64,000 nt of DNA from Candidatus Krumholzibacteriia bacterium (GCA_963836185.1 CAWIIQ010000001.1:768001-832000); one strand, 5' to 3'. Shown: positions 1 through 11,580, counted from the first letter of the stretch. Numbers and translations: made by a program. Notes: generated by a model from the sequence alone, not told the origin.

Positions 1-844
1 AGCCAGTCCGAGGCGATAATGCTCGACGGCTTCTTCAATTTCGTCTCATTCGTGATGAGTCTCGTGACCCTTTACGTATCGGGCCTTCTCAAGATCCCGT
101 ACGACAAACATTTCCAGTTCGGGTTCATGCCGTTCGAGCCCTTTGTGAATGTCGTCAAGGGCCTGATAATCCTCGTAGTCTGCGGATTCGCCCTCGTATC
201 TTCGATAGACGCGTTGATCGACGGTGGGAGGGAACTCAGTCCCGGGTCTGGCAGTGATCTACAGTGTGATCGCGACAGCGGGATGCATCATTGTCACCCT
301 GATCCAGAAGCAGTACGGCAAGAAAGTCGATTCACCCCTTCTTGCACTTGATATCGCCACGTGGAAGCTGAGCGGGTTCATAAGTTCCGCGGTCGCTGTC
401 GGATTCGGCGGAGCGTATCTCCTCTCCCGCACAGAATACTCGTGGGTCGTGCCATACATCGATCCCGTGATGGTTATCATCCTGATCCTTGTGATGATAA
501 GGCTTCCTCTGTCTGCGTTGAGGGAGGGGATCGGGGACCTTCTCCTCGGGGCTCCTCCCGGGGAGATGCAGTCGAGGATCAAGGAGAAGGTCTCCGCGGT
601 GCTGTCAGGATTTCCCATGGAGAGACATTCCGTCCGCATGGTCAAGGTCGGCAGGCATATATTCGTCACTGTCAATGTTCTCCTGCCGGGCGGCAGCCCG
701 ATATCATCGGTGGCGGATCTCGATAGTATGAGACAGAAAATAGACAGTGAATTAAAGGGATTGCATCCGGAGATCATCGCCGATACACTGTTTACGGGTG
801 ATACTGAAAGGGTGCCGGAAACCCCACAGGAGGACATTGAATGA
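1..844 (+). CDS. Cation diffusion facilitator (CDF) family transporter, 5'-truncated by window edge, frameshift near 240
   Basis: ORFs 19..351 and 224..844 join into a CDF: DG..F, F.FG..PFEP, YIDP motifs, TM helices and a cytoplasmic C-terminal domain. Confidence 0.8.
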
Positions 845-1510
845 CGGCTGAAAGGATGACAGCTGGTGAGCGGTCAAAGCGGTCCAAATATGGTATTGTT
901 CTGCTGCTGCTCGTCCTGGTCTTTATTTTCGTAGTACCTGCCTTTCCCATAAGTGTTCACAAGGTCATGTATAATGCCCTGCTTACAGGCATTGTTTTCT
1001 TCGCCGCACTGTCGGTCGACAGAGCGAGGAGGAGGATGTTCATCGTCTCGGTGGCGGCTATTGCCCTCGAGTGGCTTGCATTTTTACTTGATATGCCGGG
1101 TGTAATGACCTTTTCCCAGATAGTTCTGTTCCTGTATTTCATCCTCATCGTGATCAACCTGATCGCCCAGGTCGCTACTACCAGCCATGTCACGGCGAGG
1201 GTCATCGTCGAATCGATCAGCGGCTACCTGCTCATGGGAATAGTGTTTTCGCTGATTATCGGGATCGTGGCGAAAAATACTGACTCGGCCTACTCCTTCG
1301 GTGAAGCAACACACGTCTCCGAAGGGTTGAGCGACTTTGTCTATCACGGCTTTGTAACATTCACAACTCTTGGATACGGTGATGTCGTTCCCTTGACACC
1401 CGATCTCAAAATCGATCGCTGTGATGGCCAGTGTCACGGGACAGATCTACCTGACTGTTATTATCGCAATGCTGGTCGGCAAGTTCCTCAGCGACAGGCA
1501 AGTGAGTTAA
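841..1510 (+). CDS. Potassium channel family protein (Ion_trans_2 pore), frameshift near 1410
   Basis: TFTTLGYGDVVP selectivity filter; the shifted frame continues GQIYLTVIIAMLVGKF to TAA at 1508-1510. Confidence 0.85.
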
Positions 1511-2195
1511 ATGGGCTTGTTGAAACGAAAGAAACGGCCGAGGACCCCAGGCTATCATCGAGCGGGATCATAAGCAGCTCAGGAGGCTCGAAGTATTCAC
1601 GGACATGGTGTTCGCGCTTGTCCTTTTTTGGATATTTTTACTCCTGCCGAGCCTTGGGAGTGTTGAAGGGGGCAAAGGGATCGCTATCTCGAGGTTCTTC
1701 TCAGAGAATCTCGGAAGTGTCGAGATGATCATAATCGGCGTACTTCTGACCCTGATATACTGGGGCAACACGATCAAGGCATACGGAAATCTCGAGCACA
1801 CCGACGGCAAACATGCTGCCCTGTCTTTTCTGCAATTGTTTTCACTGCTGACATATATCTATTTCGTTCGTATGGAGATGGTCTTCAGGGGTGAACTGCT
1901 GCCTCTGCTGCTTCAGAGTATAACACTCGCTTTGGTCGGTTTTCTCGGGGTCGCTGCCTGGTGGTACGCTATGAAGAACCGCAGGCTCCTGTCCGAAAGC
2001 ATAACGGACAAGGAAGCGGCCGAGCTGCGTATCGAGTTCCTCAGCGAACCCGTGACCGCCCTGATCACCATCCCGTTCGTATGGGTTGGAACGACCGCAT
2101 GGACGATAGCGTGGTTGAGCGGCCTCCTAATCTCACGTATACTGAACTGGCTTCACAACAGGAAGGACTGGCCTGATACCGAGACTTCAGAATAA
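1511..2195 (+). CDS. TMEM175/DUF1211 family K+ channel-like membrane protein, frameshift near 1570
   Basis: RLEVFTDMVFALVL just upstream of and overlapping the start of ORF 1605 matches the TMEM175 RLxxFSD motif; about 6 TM helices. Confidence 0.7.
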
Positions 2196-2259
2196 GTCGT
2201 TCTCCATATTTCTGCCGCTGATTGCGCTGCTGCTCGTATCGGTATGGCCCTCTGATGCC

Positions 2260-2839
2260 ATGTCCCAGATACGCCTCGGTGTCACGGGCGGGCTGGCGAG
2301 ATACAGCTTTTCCGGCGACAAGCCTGACAAGTCGGAATACACGTCCCAGAACAGGGCGACCTTCGGCGGGGTCATAGAGATCGATGTGTATGACGGAGTA
2401 AGACTGAGCATCCAGCCCTCTGTCATCCAGAAGGGAACGGGGATAGCCTACGAGGTAAAGGGTGAGAAGGAGAGGGTCGACAGCGTTTCAGTGAACACCG
2501 ACTATTTTTCATTACCGGTCCTGGTGAAGGTGTTTACACCCAAAGAGCGCTGGTTCGTCTCGAGCGGCCTGGAATTCGCGTGGCTCCTCAATGCGAAGCA
2601 TGTTACATCGATCGGCGGAGACAGATGTTTTTGATCTATTCGATGAATTCGATCTCGCTATTCATTTTGGTATCGGCTGGACCAGGCCGGTCGGGCGCCA
2701 TGAGATCTTTATTGAGGGCAGATATACCCAGAGCATCCTGAACGTGGCCTCGGACAGTGATCCGGAAAGTGAGTTTTACGGTCTCCGGCTCAAGAACAGC
2801 GGGATGCTGTTTGTGGCCGGATTCCTGTTTCAGCTATAG
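2260..2839 (+). CDS. Outer membrane beta-barrel (porin family) protein, frameshift near 2620
   Basis: ORFs 2260..2634 and 2591..2839; QPSVIQKG, YFSLPVL strands; signal-like sequence upstream in frame so true start is probably earlier. Confidence 0.7.
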
Positions 2840-2847
2840 GAGAACTG

Positions 2848-3809
2848 TTGAAGAAACGGCTGGCATTCACCTTGTCGATCCTGCTTCTGCGGGCGGGCCT
2901 TATCTGGGCCGGTCCGGCTGAGGAGGGTGCGATTCCAGGGGATATCACTGCCCCCAGGGTAGGGGATACGAGGGTAGTATCGACCACCTTTCTGGCCGAT
3001 CCATTCGTGAATACACAATCAAGCCTGGCGCTCGGATACGGAAAATCCTCTGATATAGTAACGCCCCTTATCGAGATCAACGGGGAGCCAGTAGTGGGGC
3101 TTGAGGGCGAACTGATTTACGCGACTCCTTATGTTCCAGTACAGGTATGCGGTAAGGGACTGGGTGGCCGTCTGGGCGCAGCTAAATATAGCGGCACGAC
3201 TGGGAAACGAGCTTCAGTCCATGCTGGCCCAGGGCCTGAACGCAGCCACCGGTTTCGAGCTGGGGTGGCTCTTCCGCCTTTATGAAAATGAGAAGACATC
3301 TTCTCTCTACCGGGATATCGGTAAGAGACGGTGATGCGACAGTCATCGATGTCGCTCGGCTGGGCGGAAGGTGTCGTAGAAGGAGAGGATGTAGAACTCG
3401 TCAGGAAATCCCCGACCCTGGGGACTGTCGGAGATCTTCGTTATATCTATGCCGCAAATGATTTTACGGCACTTCAGTTCCTTGGCCAGCTGGCATACAG
3501 TGAGGCTGTTGAAAGATACGCGGGGAATGAGTTTTATTACGGGCTGGGCGGACTGGTGAGTCTCGATCTCAATAAGAGAACGGGCCATCCTGTCGGTCTG
3601 GCACTCGGATATAAATATACGACGATACCTGAAGGCGGGGACGATATCGTCGATAGACACCCAGGCAGCCCTTATAGGTATTTCCTATACAGGGAAGGCC
3701 TGATTTCAGTATTGGCCTCGACCTGGAATTCCAGAGGGTTCCGATCAAGGGAATTGAAGAACCCGCCCAATTCTTCACCGCGGTCATATCGATGCGGTAT
3801 TTCTTCTAG
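2848..3809 (+). CDS. Hypothetical outer-membrane protein with several frameshifts
   Basis: Signal peptide, amphipathic strands across ORFs 2848, 3131, 3331; terminal frame ends VISMRYFF* at 3809. Confidence 0.55.
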
Positions 3810-4860
3810 AACGGCATCGGCCCGACATTCTTCGCGGCCTTCTTCGCCAGCCCAAGCACATCTATCTTCGCCGGATCGGTTACGCCCGAGGCGAGCCGCT
3901 GGTGGGATCTTGACCAGGCCATCATCGTGACCTGCGACTTGCGGAGCGCGGCCTTGTACACCTTTGTAAGGTCCTCCAGCTCACTCTGCTGTTTCCAGTA
4001 AAGCTCCAGGTCGGGCATCATCTGAGCCCTGAATTCCTGCAGGGTCTCCATCATGTATATGAGTCTGTTCTCTATGGCGATGAGGTCTTTTGCGGTAGGA
4101 TTTTCTGGATTACTGACAACTTCATACAGGGAAGGCTGCAGGGCGAGGAGTGAATCGAATGCGTCGGGATCGCCTCTCCTGTGTTTTCGCGATATATCCT
4201 ACGCTCGCTATGGCATTCAACTGGGCCTCGCGCACCATCTCGATACCATTTATCAGGGTCTACGTTATTTTCATCCAGTGCATCACCAATCGAGTAGTAT
4301 GCCGCATCCACAGCGAGGTTAGCGTCGTCGAGGATCTCGCTGATTATACGCGCGATCTCGTTGACTATCGGCTGTGTCATCGAGAGTGCATCGAGCAGTT
4401 TTGTCTGCTCGCGCGTGTTTTGCAGCATCGTATCGAATTCGCCTATCGTGAAGTGCAGGGGCGGCACCGGTGCGGTAATAGCGGGGCGCAGCAGTTCGTC
4501 TAGATAGTCCGCCAGCGCTTCGCACTGCTCGGGACCGGTAAGGGTCGAACTCGACAGCGTGACGATCTCTATCGAGTAGGCTATCGATCCGCGCATGACG
4601 GCCCTTATCTTGTTCAGGTAGACTTCAAGTTCTGCGGTCTCCGGAATGTCTATGTAGTTGCGAAGGTAGACTACCTTCTCCTGCGCGAGGCCGTACTGGA
4701 TGTCACCCGCCATCTCTATCATGTTCTCGGCGAACGGGGTAAGATCCATCCTCTTGTGGCTTTTAAAGTTGGCGCAGCCGGGTGCGAGGATTGCGGCTGA
4801 AAACAGCAGAATAAGCAGTAATGCGCTCCATCTCGAAAAAGATCTCACAACAGTCTCCAT
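3806..4860 (-). CDS. Hypothetical lipoprotein, frameshifted
   Basis: Lipobox-like APGC after hydrophobic stretch; ORFs 4072..4860 and 3806..4054. Confidence 0.6.
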
Positions 4861-4864
4861 TCTT

Positions 4865-5452
4865 TTAGAATCCGGCTGCTACACCGATACTTATCCAGGG
4901 ATCCCAGTCCCCGTAAGGTGAACCGTCGTCCTGCAGTACGTCGAACAGCACCTCGACGAAGAAAGAGGCTTTCTTCGAGATCGGCTGTACGTAACCACCT
5001 CCGAGGAGGAGGAAGGGGACCCAATCCCTTTCATCAGGGTACTCGTAACTCATGTAAGCATATTCGCCGTGCAGGTAGAACCTGGGATGCGGGCGAAGAC
5101 GCGCGAACAGGCTTCCTCCGTAATTATTCGCCGTATATTCCTCCGCATACCGCTTGTCCTCGATATATTCATATATGAATCTGCCCCCGACCGACCACAT
5201 CTTCGAGAGCCTGTATCCTACAAGAGGAGATATGCTGATACGTGTGTAGTCCCCGAATGTGAAGCCGAGGGTGCCTCCGTAGTAGAACCTGCTCGGTCCG
5301 GAGCTGGACTTCGCTGGTGGAGGGGATTCCGGAGCCTGGTATACGACAGGCTCGGGCTCCTGTGTCTCAGCCGAAGTGCTGTCAGGCTGCTGCGCCAGAA
5401 CAGAGCCGGATAACACCACAAGGGCAATAAGGACTGTGATAAATACACGCAT
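4865..5452 (-). CDS. Outer membrane beta-barrel hypothetical protein
   Basis: Signal peptide, aromatic-rich strands, C-terminal Phe. Confidence 0.7.
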   Translation of the reverse strand: MRVFITVLIALVVLSGSVLAQQPDSTSAETQEPEPVVYQAPESPPPAKSSSGPSRFYYGGTLGFTFGDYTRISISPLVGYRLSKMWSVGGRFIYEYIEDKRYAEEYTANNYGGSLFARLRPHPRFYLHGEYAYMSYEYPDERDWVPFLLLGGGYVQPISKKASFFVEVLFDVLQDDGSPYGDWDPWISIGVAAGF

Positions 5453-5595
5453 ACAACCGGCCTCCTGTAACAGGATTGATTCGAAACGATTATTACGCCG
5501 GTTCCGGTATCGGTCAACATAAATGTATGTTGAATATTCATGTGCGATAGATTGTACTGTCTGTGATGGAAGGTTTTAAAAGGAGGGAACGGAAG

Positions 5596-6198
5596 ATGGA
5601 GACACTGCATATCAAACCGTCGGCCAGTTACCTGAGAAAACTGTGGGTCACCTACACGATAATCGCACTGGCGACGGTGCTGGTCGGGTATCTTTTCGGC
5701 CTGCTCGTCGGAATCGATGAGGGAGCGCACGTGACGATCGCCATCACGATATATACGGCGATCTTTACGGCCCTTTTCTGGATAACAGCAGTTATCCTGT
5801 CTGTATTCTATTACAGGAGCCTCAGTTACGAAATCCAGGATGATGAGATCATCGTGCGGGTCGGCATCGCCACCAAGTCGGTCAAGCATGTGCCGTACAG
5901 AACCGTCACTAATATCTCGATAAAGAGGGGTATCCTCGACCGGTTCATGTTCGACATAGGAACGCTTGCCGTCCAGACGGCGGGTATGAGCGGGACATCG
6001 GGCGCCGAGCAGAGCCTCGTCGGCCTGGATGATGTGCAGAGCATCTACGACGATGTCGTCGGCAAGCTGCGGGAGTTCAGGGGCGCGATGTCGCCGACAG
6101 GGGCGGAAGAGGATCCAGACGGGGGATCACCCCATGGCGACTTGACGGCCTCGATGCTCGAAGAGCTGAGGGCTATCCGTAAAGCTGTCGAGAAGTAG
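5596..6198 (+). CDS. Membrane protein with bacterial PH (bPH_2) domain
   Basis: Two TM helices then YEI.DDEIIVRVGI..K..VPY..VTNISI.RG..DR...IGTL.VQTAG pattern; RBS GGAGG. Confidence 0.85.
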   Translation: METLHIKPSASYLRKLWVTYTIIALATVLVGYLFGLLVGIDEGAHVTIAITIYTAIFTALFWITAVILSVFYYRSLSYEIQDDEIIVRVGIATKSVKHVPYRTVTNISIKRGILDRFMFDIGTLAVQTAGMSGTSGAEQSLVGLDDVQSIYDDVVGKLREFRGAMSPTGAEEDPDGGSPHGDLTASMLEELRAIRKAVEK

Positions 6199-6200
6199 GA

Positions 6201-6504
6201 TCACCTGCGCTTAAGTTTCTTGTAGAGCTTTTTCGCTTCCTTGCAGGCGGCTTTCGCTTCTTTCCGTCGCTGCGAGGTCCAGCGTGCCGATAAGGTTTGT
6301 CTTTCCGACCTGGTAGAGTGTGTAGAAATAATCGGGATTCTCGTTCCATGCCCTCTTGAAATTTTTATGAGTTCCTTTTCCGCATCGCTCCACCATCCAT
6401 CGTCTATCATTTTCTCGATCTCTTCCAGGCCGGACCCGCCGGGTGGAACGACGAATGTCCACACGAAATATATCCTTTTTCTGTTTCAGGCTAAATGATA
6501 GCAT
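6201..6504 (-). CDS. Small hypothetical protein, probably frameshifted
   Basis: Two overlapping short ORFs in different frames; no recognisable motif. Confidence 0.3.
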
Positions 6505-6656
6505 TTCATTTGATATATATGGCGTTATCAGGTGGTGGGGCCGGCGATCGGCCTGAGTATCGGTATATTCCAGAAATATGGAACATCAAGAACGGATGTA
6601 ACTTAATAGTGATATAGATCGACGATATATTTATATTATGACGTGGTACAGTTATA

Positions 6657-7563
6657 GTGTTTTCACGAGGTCGACAAGCTGTTCAAGACACGCGTACAAC
6701 GGATCGCAATCTTTGCTTCGGTGCTCCTGCATCTGCTGCTGCTCCTGATATGGCGTCCCATGTCCCAGATAGACCTTTTCCCGGACAAGAGCGATCCCGA
6801 GACAGAGTCGACCCCGCTCATCTTTGAGCTGGTGGAGACACCTGACGACGCGATCCGGCAGGAGCCGGAGGAGGCGCATCTCGTCTCGGACAAGAACGCC
6901 CTCGCCAGAGATGAGCACGAAGGCGACCTGGAGGAGGGGGAGTCGTACAGTGACGGCGAGGTGCCGCACCGGGTCTTCGCCGGCGATCCCGATGCCGGAG
7001 GGGCCCAGACGGCTCAGTCGGAGAACCAGGAGGATCAGCAGCAGGATGACGCCGAGTCCGAACCCTGGGACCCGATACTGGACTGGGCAGGTTCGTATTT
7101 CGATTCACATCGCAAAAGCGCCCAGGACACGAAGGACGGCGAATCCTCGATGCTCCAGCCGCAGGTAGGGCCGCCTTCGCCTCAACGCCGGTTCACCGAC
7201 GATCTCGACTATAAGCAGAGGCTGACAGGGGCAGACAACAAGGGGAGCATATCGCTCAACACCTACGAGTGGGATTATGCCTCGTATATACTTCATATGA
7301 AGAGGAAGCTGAAATCGAACATCTTTCCGCCGGCGATATTCACCTACATGGGCGGTATCAGCGGAGAGACTACCCTGTATTTCAGGGTGTGGCCCGACGG
7401 GCGTGTGACCGATCTGAGCGTCATCGAGTTTAATGGGCACAGGACACTGATGGAGACGAGCGTGACGGCGGTGGAGAAATCAGATCCGTTCCGTCCGCTG
7501 CCTGATAATTTTCCCGAAGAATACCTTGAATTGAGATGGACATTTTTCTACTACACGCGATGA
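6657..7563 (+). CDS. tonB: Energy transducer TonB/TolA-like protein
   Basis: N-terminal TM with SxxxH (SVLLH), acidic linker, TonB_C-like domain ending PFRPLP; upstream of exbB/exbD; start uncertain. Confidence 0.7.
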
Positions 7564-7584
7564 CTCAGGGAGGAGAACGGACGA

Positions 7585-8229
7585 ATGACAGAGATCTTTG
7601 CTGAACTGCAAAAGGGGGGTATAACGATGATACCCCTGCTGCTCGGTTCGATAATCACACTCGCGATCGTCATAGAGAGAGCGATCAGCCTGAGGCCGAA
7701 GAAGATAATCATACCCGAGATCGTCACGGCGGTTGAAAGGATCAGGTGTCACGAGGATGTCAGGGTCGCCGAAAGCATCTGCGAGACTCATCCTGGCACA
7801 TTCGCCAACGTCATGCTCCCGGCCCTTCGCAACAAGGACCTCAACCGGGAAGAGTTGAAGGAATTCATCCTCGACCAGGGACGGCAGGAGGTAAGGAGCC
7901 TGGAGAGGGGGCTCGTGGGGCTGGAAACGATAGCCGGCGTAGCTCCGCTGCTCGGGCTGATGGGTACCGTCATCGGTATGATCAAGGTCTTCAACGTTAT
8001 CTCCCAGCAGGGACTGGGGCAGGCGAACGTTCTCTCCCAGGGGATCTCAGAGGCGCTGATAACGACCGTGACGGGGCTGGCGATCGGCATACCCGCTCTT
8101 ATCGCTTACAATTACTTCACGAGCAAGGCCGAGGGTGTCGTGATGGACATTGAAAAATATACCGCCTCGCTGCTTCACAGGATCCGTCTTATGACAGAGT
8201 GCCGGGAGGAGACGGAAAGTGGAGTTTAA
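7585..8229 (+). CDS. exbB: MotA/TolQ/ExbB proton channel protein
   Basis: APLLGLMGTVIGMI and GISEALITT..GL.IGIPA motifs. Confidence 0.9.
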   Translation: MTEIFAELQKGGITMIPLLLGSIITLAIVIERAISLRPKKIIIPEIVTAVERIRCHEDVRVAESICETHPGTFANVMLPALRNKDLNREELKEFILDQGRQEVRSLERGLVGLETIAGVAPLLGLMGTVIGMIKVFNVISQQGLGQANVLSQGISEALITTVTGLAIGIPALIAYNYFTSKAEGVVMDIEKYTASLLHRIRLMTECREETESGV

Positions 8230-8623
8230 TCCGAAGAAGAAGCGCCGGGTCCTTATCAATATCACATCGCTCATCGATGTGATGTTCCTGCTGCTGATCT
8301 TCTTTATGGTAACATCGACCTTCCTCGATCAGCCGGGCATGAAACTCGAGCTTCCGTCGGCGGAGAGCGCCGAGGTGGCGAGGGTGGAAAAACTCGTACT
8401 CTACATCAGCTCCGACGATGAGGTCGTTTTCAACGACCAGCCTGTCGCGCTCGATGACCTGGAGGAGACGATGCTCGCCGCGCTGTCCGACATCGAGGAC
8501 AGGACGCTCGTGCTCAACGCCGACAAGTCGGTTCAGCACGGGACCGTTATAAGGGTGATGGATATCGCGAAGAAGCTCGGCCTCGAGAGGCTCGTCATCG
8601 GGATCAAGATGAAAGAGGAATGA
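8219..8623 (+). CDS. exbD: ExbD/TolR biopolymer transport protein
   Basis: INITSLIDVMFLLLIFFMV and LNADKSV.HG.V..VMD motifs. Confidence 0.9.
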   Translation: MEFNPKKKRRVLINITSLIDVMFLLLIFFMVTSTFLDQPGMKLELPSAESAEVARVEKLVLYISSDDEVVFNDQPVALDDLEETMLAALSDIEDRTLVLNADKSVQHGTVIRVMDIAKKLGLERLVIGIKMKEE

Positions 8624-8632
8624 CAGCCCCCT

Positions 8633-9295
8633 CTAGAAGGCGTACCCGAGTGTGAAGGAGAGGCCGTAATTCGTGAAGTCATCCGCCTCGATCGTCTCGG
8701 TCTCGCCGTTTATCTCGAAATCCCCGCTCAGGATCACTTTGGTGAAGTTCCAGGTCAATCTCGCGTCGATGATCAGGGTGCCCCCGCCTGTATCGTAGTC
8801 GAATCCACCGCCGAGAACGATACCGAAATCGGTCGTGTGCGTGAGAGACGAGAAATCGATATCAGCCGAGAATATCCAGGTAGAGAGAGTAAGCTCGGAG
8901 CTCGAGCAGTATGCGAAAGTGGGGCCGGCGAAAAGTGTCGGCCTGAACTTCTTTCCTGCGGAAAAGGCGTATTTCGCGAGGATGGGCAGCTCGAAATAGT
9001 CCAGGCTGAGGACGAGCTCGACGACATCGTCGACGAGCGAGCCCCCGAATCCCTTCTGCGTGAAGAGGAGCTCGGGCTGCAGGCTGAAGTTGTCGCTCAG
9101 GGCATGATTGACGAAGACTCCGCCGGTGAATCCGCTATTCCATTCGATCGATTCGTCCCAGTCCTCGGGCACATTGGAGGCGTTTGACATGTTGAGCCCC
9201 GCCTTGATACCGAATGAGGTCCTGCCGGCATAGGCGGAAGACCCTGCAATCGCGATCAGTGTAATTATGACGATAAGTGTCCGGATCGATCTCAT
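8633..9295 (-). CDS. Porin family outer membrane beta-barrel
   Basis: FGIKAGLN, LQPELLFTQKG, YFELPIL; C-terminal GYAF. Confidence 0.85.
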   Translation of the reverse strand: MRSIRTLIVIITLIAIAGSSAYAGRTSFGIKAGLNMSNASNVPEDWDESIEWNSGFTGGVFVNHALSDNFSLQPELLFTQKGFGGSLVDDVVELVLSLDYFELPILAKYAFSAGKKFRPTLFAGPTFAYCSSSELTLSTWIFSADIDFSSLTHTTDFGIVLGGGFDYDTGGGTLIIDARLTWNFTKVILSGDFEINGETETIEADDFTNYGLSFTLGYAF

Positions 9296-9312
9296 GATAA
9301 TCTCCTTTGTCC

Positions 9313-10026
9313 TCAGAACCTGTACCCGGCTCCGCAAGTGAGAGACAGAGTATTCAGGTTCCCGATACCGAACAGTCCGTTGTCGCATATGATGCCGTCT
9401 ATGCCCGGTGGAAGCAGTGAGAATTCCATCTCCCCGAAGTTGATGTCCTTGGCGGTCCCGCCTATAAACCACCTCTCCGAGAGGTAGTAGTCAAAGCCGA
9501 GGTTGAGCCCCAGCGCGAAATCCTTGCTCACATCGATGTCCGTTCCCGTACCCGTGGCGATGATGCCTAGAGTGACCATCGCTCCGAGATAGAGATCGGC
9601 GTTCGAGTCTTTCAGGAAGTGGTAGTTGAATCCGAGGGTCGGCAGGATGAAATTGGGCACCCCTTCGATCGTGAGGTCCTCAGCCTCGAAGCTGAGGTCA
9701 ACGAACTGCCTCCACCAGTTGAACGCCAGCTCTATGCCGTACCTGCGCGCCAGCACATATTCGAAGCTTCCGAGGATACCTCCGGAGGTGTTTACATTGA
9801 CAGAAGCAGAGAAGTTGAGAAAGTCGAAGAATCCTTCGCCGCAGTCGTTGTAGACCTCGGCGTGATCGTTGCCGGTCGGGAGGGTCATCAGTCCCTGCAC
9901 CCTCAGGATCCCCCAGTGGGTACGGCCCTCAATTGCCGGCTGGGCGGAAGACGGCGCGGATAGCAGGATCACGCAGATAGCTGAAATCAGCGAAATCGAG
10001 ATCACTCTGGAGACGGCTAATCTCAT
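9313..10026 (-). CDS. OmpW-like outer membrane beta-barrel
   Basis: Signal peptide; PTLGFNYHF, LGFDYY strands; C-terminal GYRF. Confidence 0.7.
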   Translation of the reverse strand: MRLAVSRVISISLISAICVILLSAPSSAQPAIEGRTHWGILRVQGLMTLPTGNDHAEVYNDCGEGFFDFLNFSASVNVNTSGGILGSFEYVLARRYGIELAFNWWRQFVDLSFEAEDLTIEGVPNFILPTLGFNYHFLKDSNADLYLGAMVTLGIIATGTGTDIDVSKDFALGLNLGFDYYLSERWFIGGTAKDINFGEMEFSLLPPGIDGIICDNGLFGIGNLNTLSLTCGAGYRF

Positions 10027-10154
10027 GGTTGCCCCTCCTTGAGCCCGCATTATCCCGATAGATCGGGCGGATACTGTCAATATCTGGGTGATACAGTAAA
10101 TGTAAGGCGCATTCAGGTCAACCTGAATCGACATGGATAAAATATCACGGGGGC

Positions 10155-10182
10155 TTGACATCGGCGAAAAGCGGGATAGAAT
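10155..10182 (+). promoter_or_regulatory. Sigma70-type promoter of putative small RNA
   Basis: TTGACA (10155-60), 16 nt spacer, TAGAAT (10177-82). Confidence 0.7.
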
Positions 10183-10188
10183 CTTATT

Positions 10189-10343
10189 GGATCGAGAAAT
10201 TATTCCGGGAGAATGAAAGTAGCAGTGCCGCCCCGGAGGTGAGGCGGCGCCAAGTCCGGGCTTCCGGAATGTCTCGCTCCTGTACTCTCATATCTCTGAA
10301 ACGCCGCGGATTCGTAGTACCTCATGCGAACCCGTGGCGTTTT
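10189..10343 (+). ncRNA. Putative structured small RNA, family not recognised
   Basis: Begins 7 nt after the -10 box; 10189-10211 pairs with 10261-10280; inner stem 10225-10232/10243-10250; ends in terminator hairpin; no credible ORF. Confidence 0.5.
10299..10343. terminator. Bidirectional intrinsic terminator
   Basis: AAACGCCGCGG-ATTCGTA...TGCGAA-CCCGTGGCGTTTT hairpin between convergent sRNA and glycosyltransferase. Confidence 0.65.
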
Positions 10344-10344
10344 A

Positions 10345-11569
10345 TCAGGCGTGGTCTTTTTTCGAGGCAAGCTGCTCGAGGATCTCGAGCTCCCTGGCCG
10401 TCCGTTCTTCCCATGACATGAAATTGTCTGAGGCATAAGCGGCGGCTCCCCTGCCTAGATTCTCCCTCAACCCGGGATCGAGCACGAGCCTGTCGAGGGC
10501 CGCGGCCATCGCTTCCGTGTCGCCATTATCTATAAGCAGTCCCGTTTCTCCATCGCGGACCGCCTCTGACGTTCCCGCCACGTCGAATGCGGCGACGGGC
10601 AGCCCGCAGAGCATCGCCTCGCAGGGCGGCATCGACATGTTGGTCAGCTCGCTCGTGGCGGCGAAAATATCGCATGATTTCAGGATCCGCGGCATCGAAT
10701 CGTAGGAGAGGGCGCCGGTGAAATATGTCATCCCGCCGATTCCGAGCTCGCGGGACATCTCCTCGAGTGCCGGCTTGTCCTTTCCGTCTCCAGTGATGAC
10801 GAGCGCCGCCCTGTTCTCTTGCCTCATCGCTCATCTTCGAGACCGCTTCTATCAGCAGGTCGACCCGCTTGAGCTTTATGAGGCGCGATACAGTGACGAT
10901 CAGGGTCTTGTCGGCCGGCAGGCCGAGACCGGTCCGCTCGGCCGCGACATCGATCTCGATCCCCGCCCATTCCATGTTCATCCCGTTGGGCAGGAACTCG
11001 ATCTTTTCGGCGGGTATGCCCCTGGCCGCGAGCGCGCGGTCGCCCATGGTGCCGTCGTTGAGCACGATATATTTATCGAGAGGATGCCTGAGCGCCCTGG
11101 TCCTGGTCGAAGTTGAGCCACCAGCGCCTCGGTCCGGAAAGGCCCTCACCTGCGAGGTACATCACGCCGAACAGCTTGACCGCCGTCGGGTATTCCCTTC
11201 TGCCTGCCTGATCCTGCTGAGCGGCTCGATCGCGTAGTGGGAGAAGCCCAGCATGACGTCCGGTTCGATCTGCTCGACGAGGCGGCGAAGGTCGCCGTAG
11301 ACCGAGCAGGTGTAGATATACGGGATCGCCAGCCTTCTCAGGGGCGAGGGGAGTACGCGCGCCTTGTGAAATACGTTGCCGTATGTATGGAAGTGAACAC
11401 CTTCATCGCCGCGCCGTACGCTGCCGTCTGCCGGTTCGGGGATGAGAAAGTGCAGCTCTACGCCGGCGTCCCTGAACCTGCGGATGAAATGCCTCTCGTC
11501 GGGCACGCCGCTTCCCTCGCCGAGCGACCATGGATCGTCCCATATGGAGAGTATCAGGAGTTTCTTCAA
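10345..11569 (-). CDS. Glycosyltransferase family 4, two frameshifts
   Basis: FLPNG, VSRL..LKRVD, CDIFA.TS......PCEAM.CGLPV across ORFs 11162, 10526, 10345. Confidence 0.85.
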
Positions 11570-11580
11570 GGCTGCCCAAG

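Noticed and set aside
6657-8623. tonB-exbB-exbD without a receptor as a novel system
   Set aside because: Stand-alone energiser operons are common
10189-10280. SRP RNA, tRNA-Sec or self-cleaving ribozyme
   Set aside because: No CAGG..GNRA..AGCA SRP helix, no cloverleaf/TTC-loop/CCA, no hammerhead core on either strand
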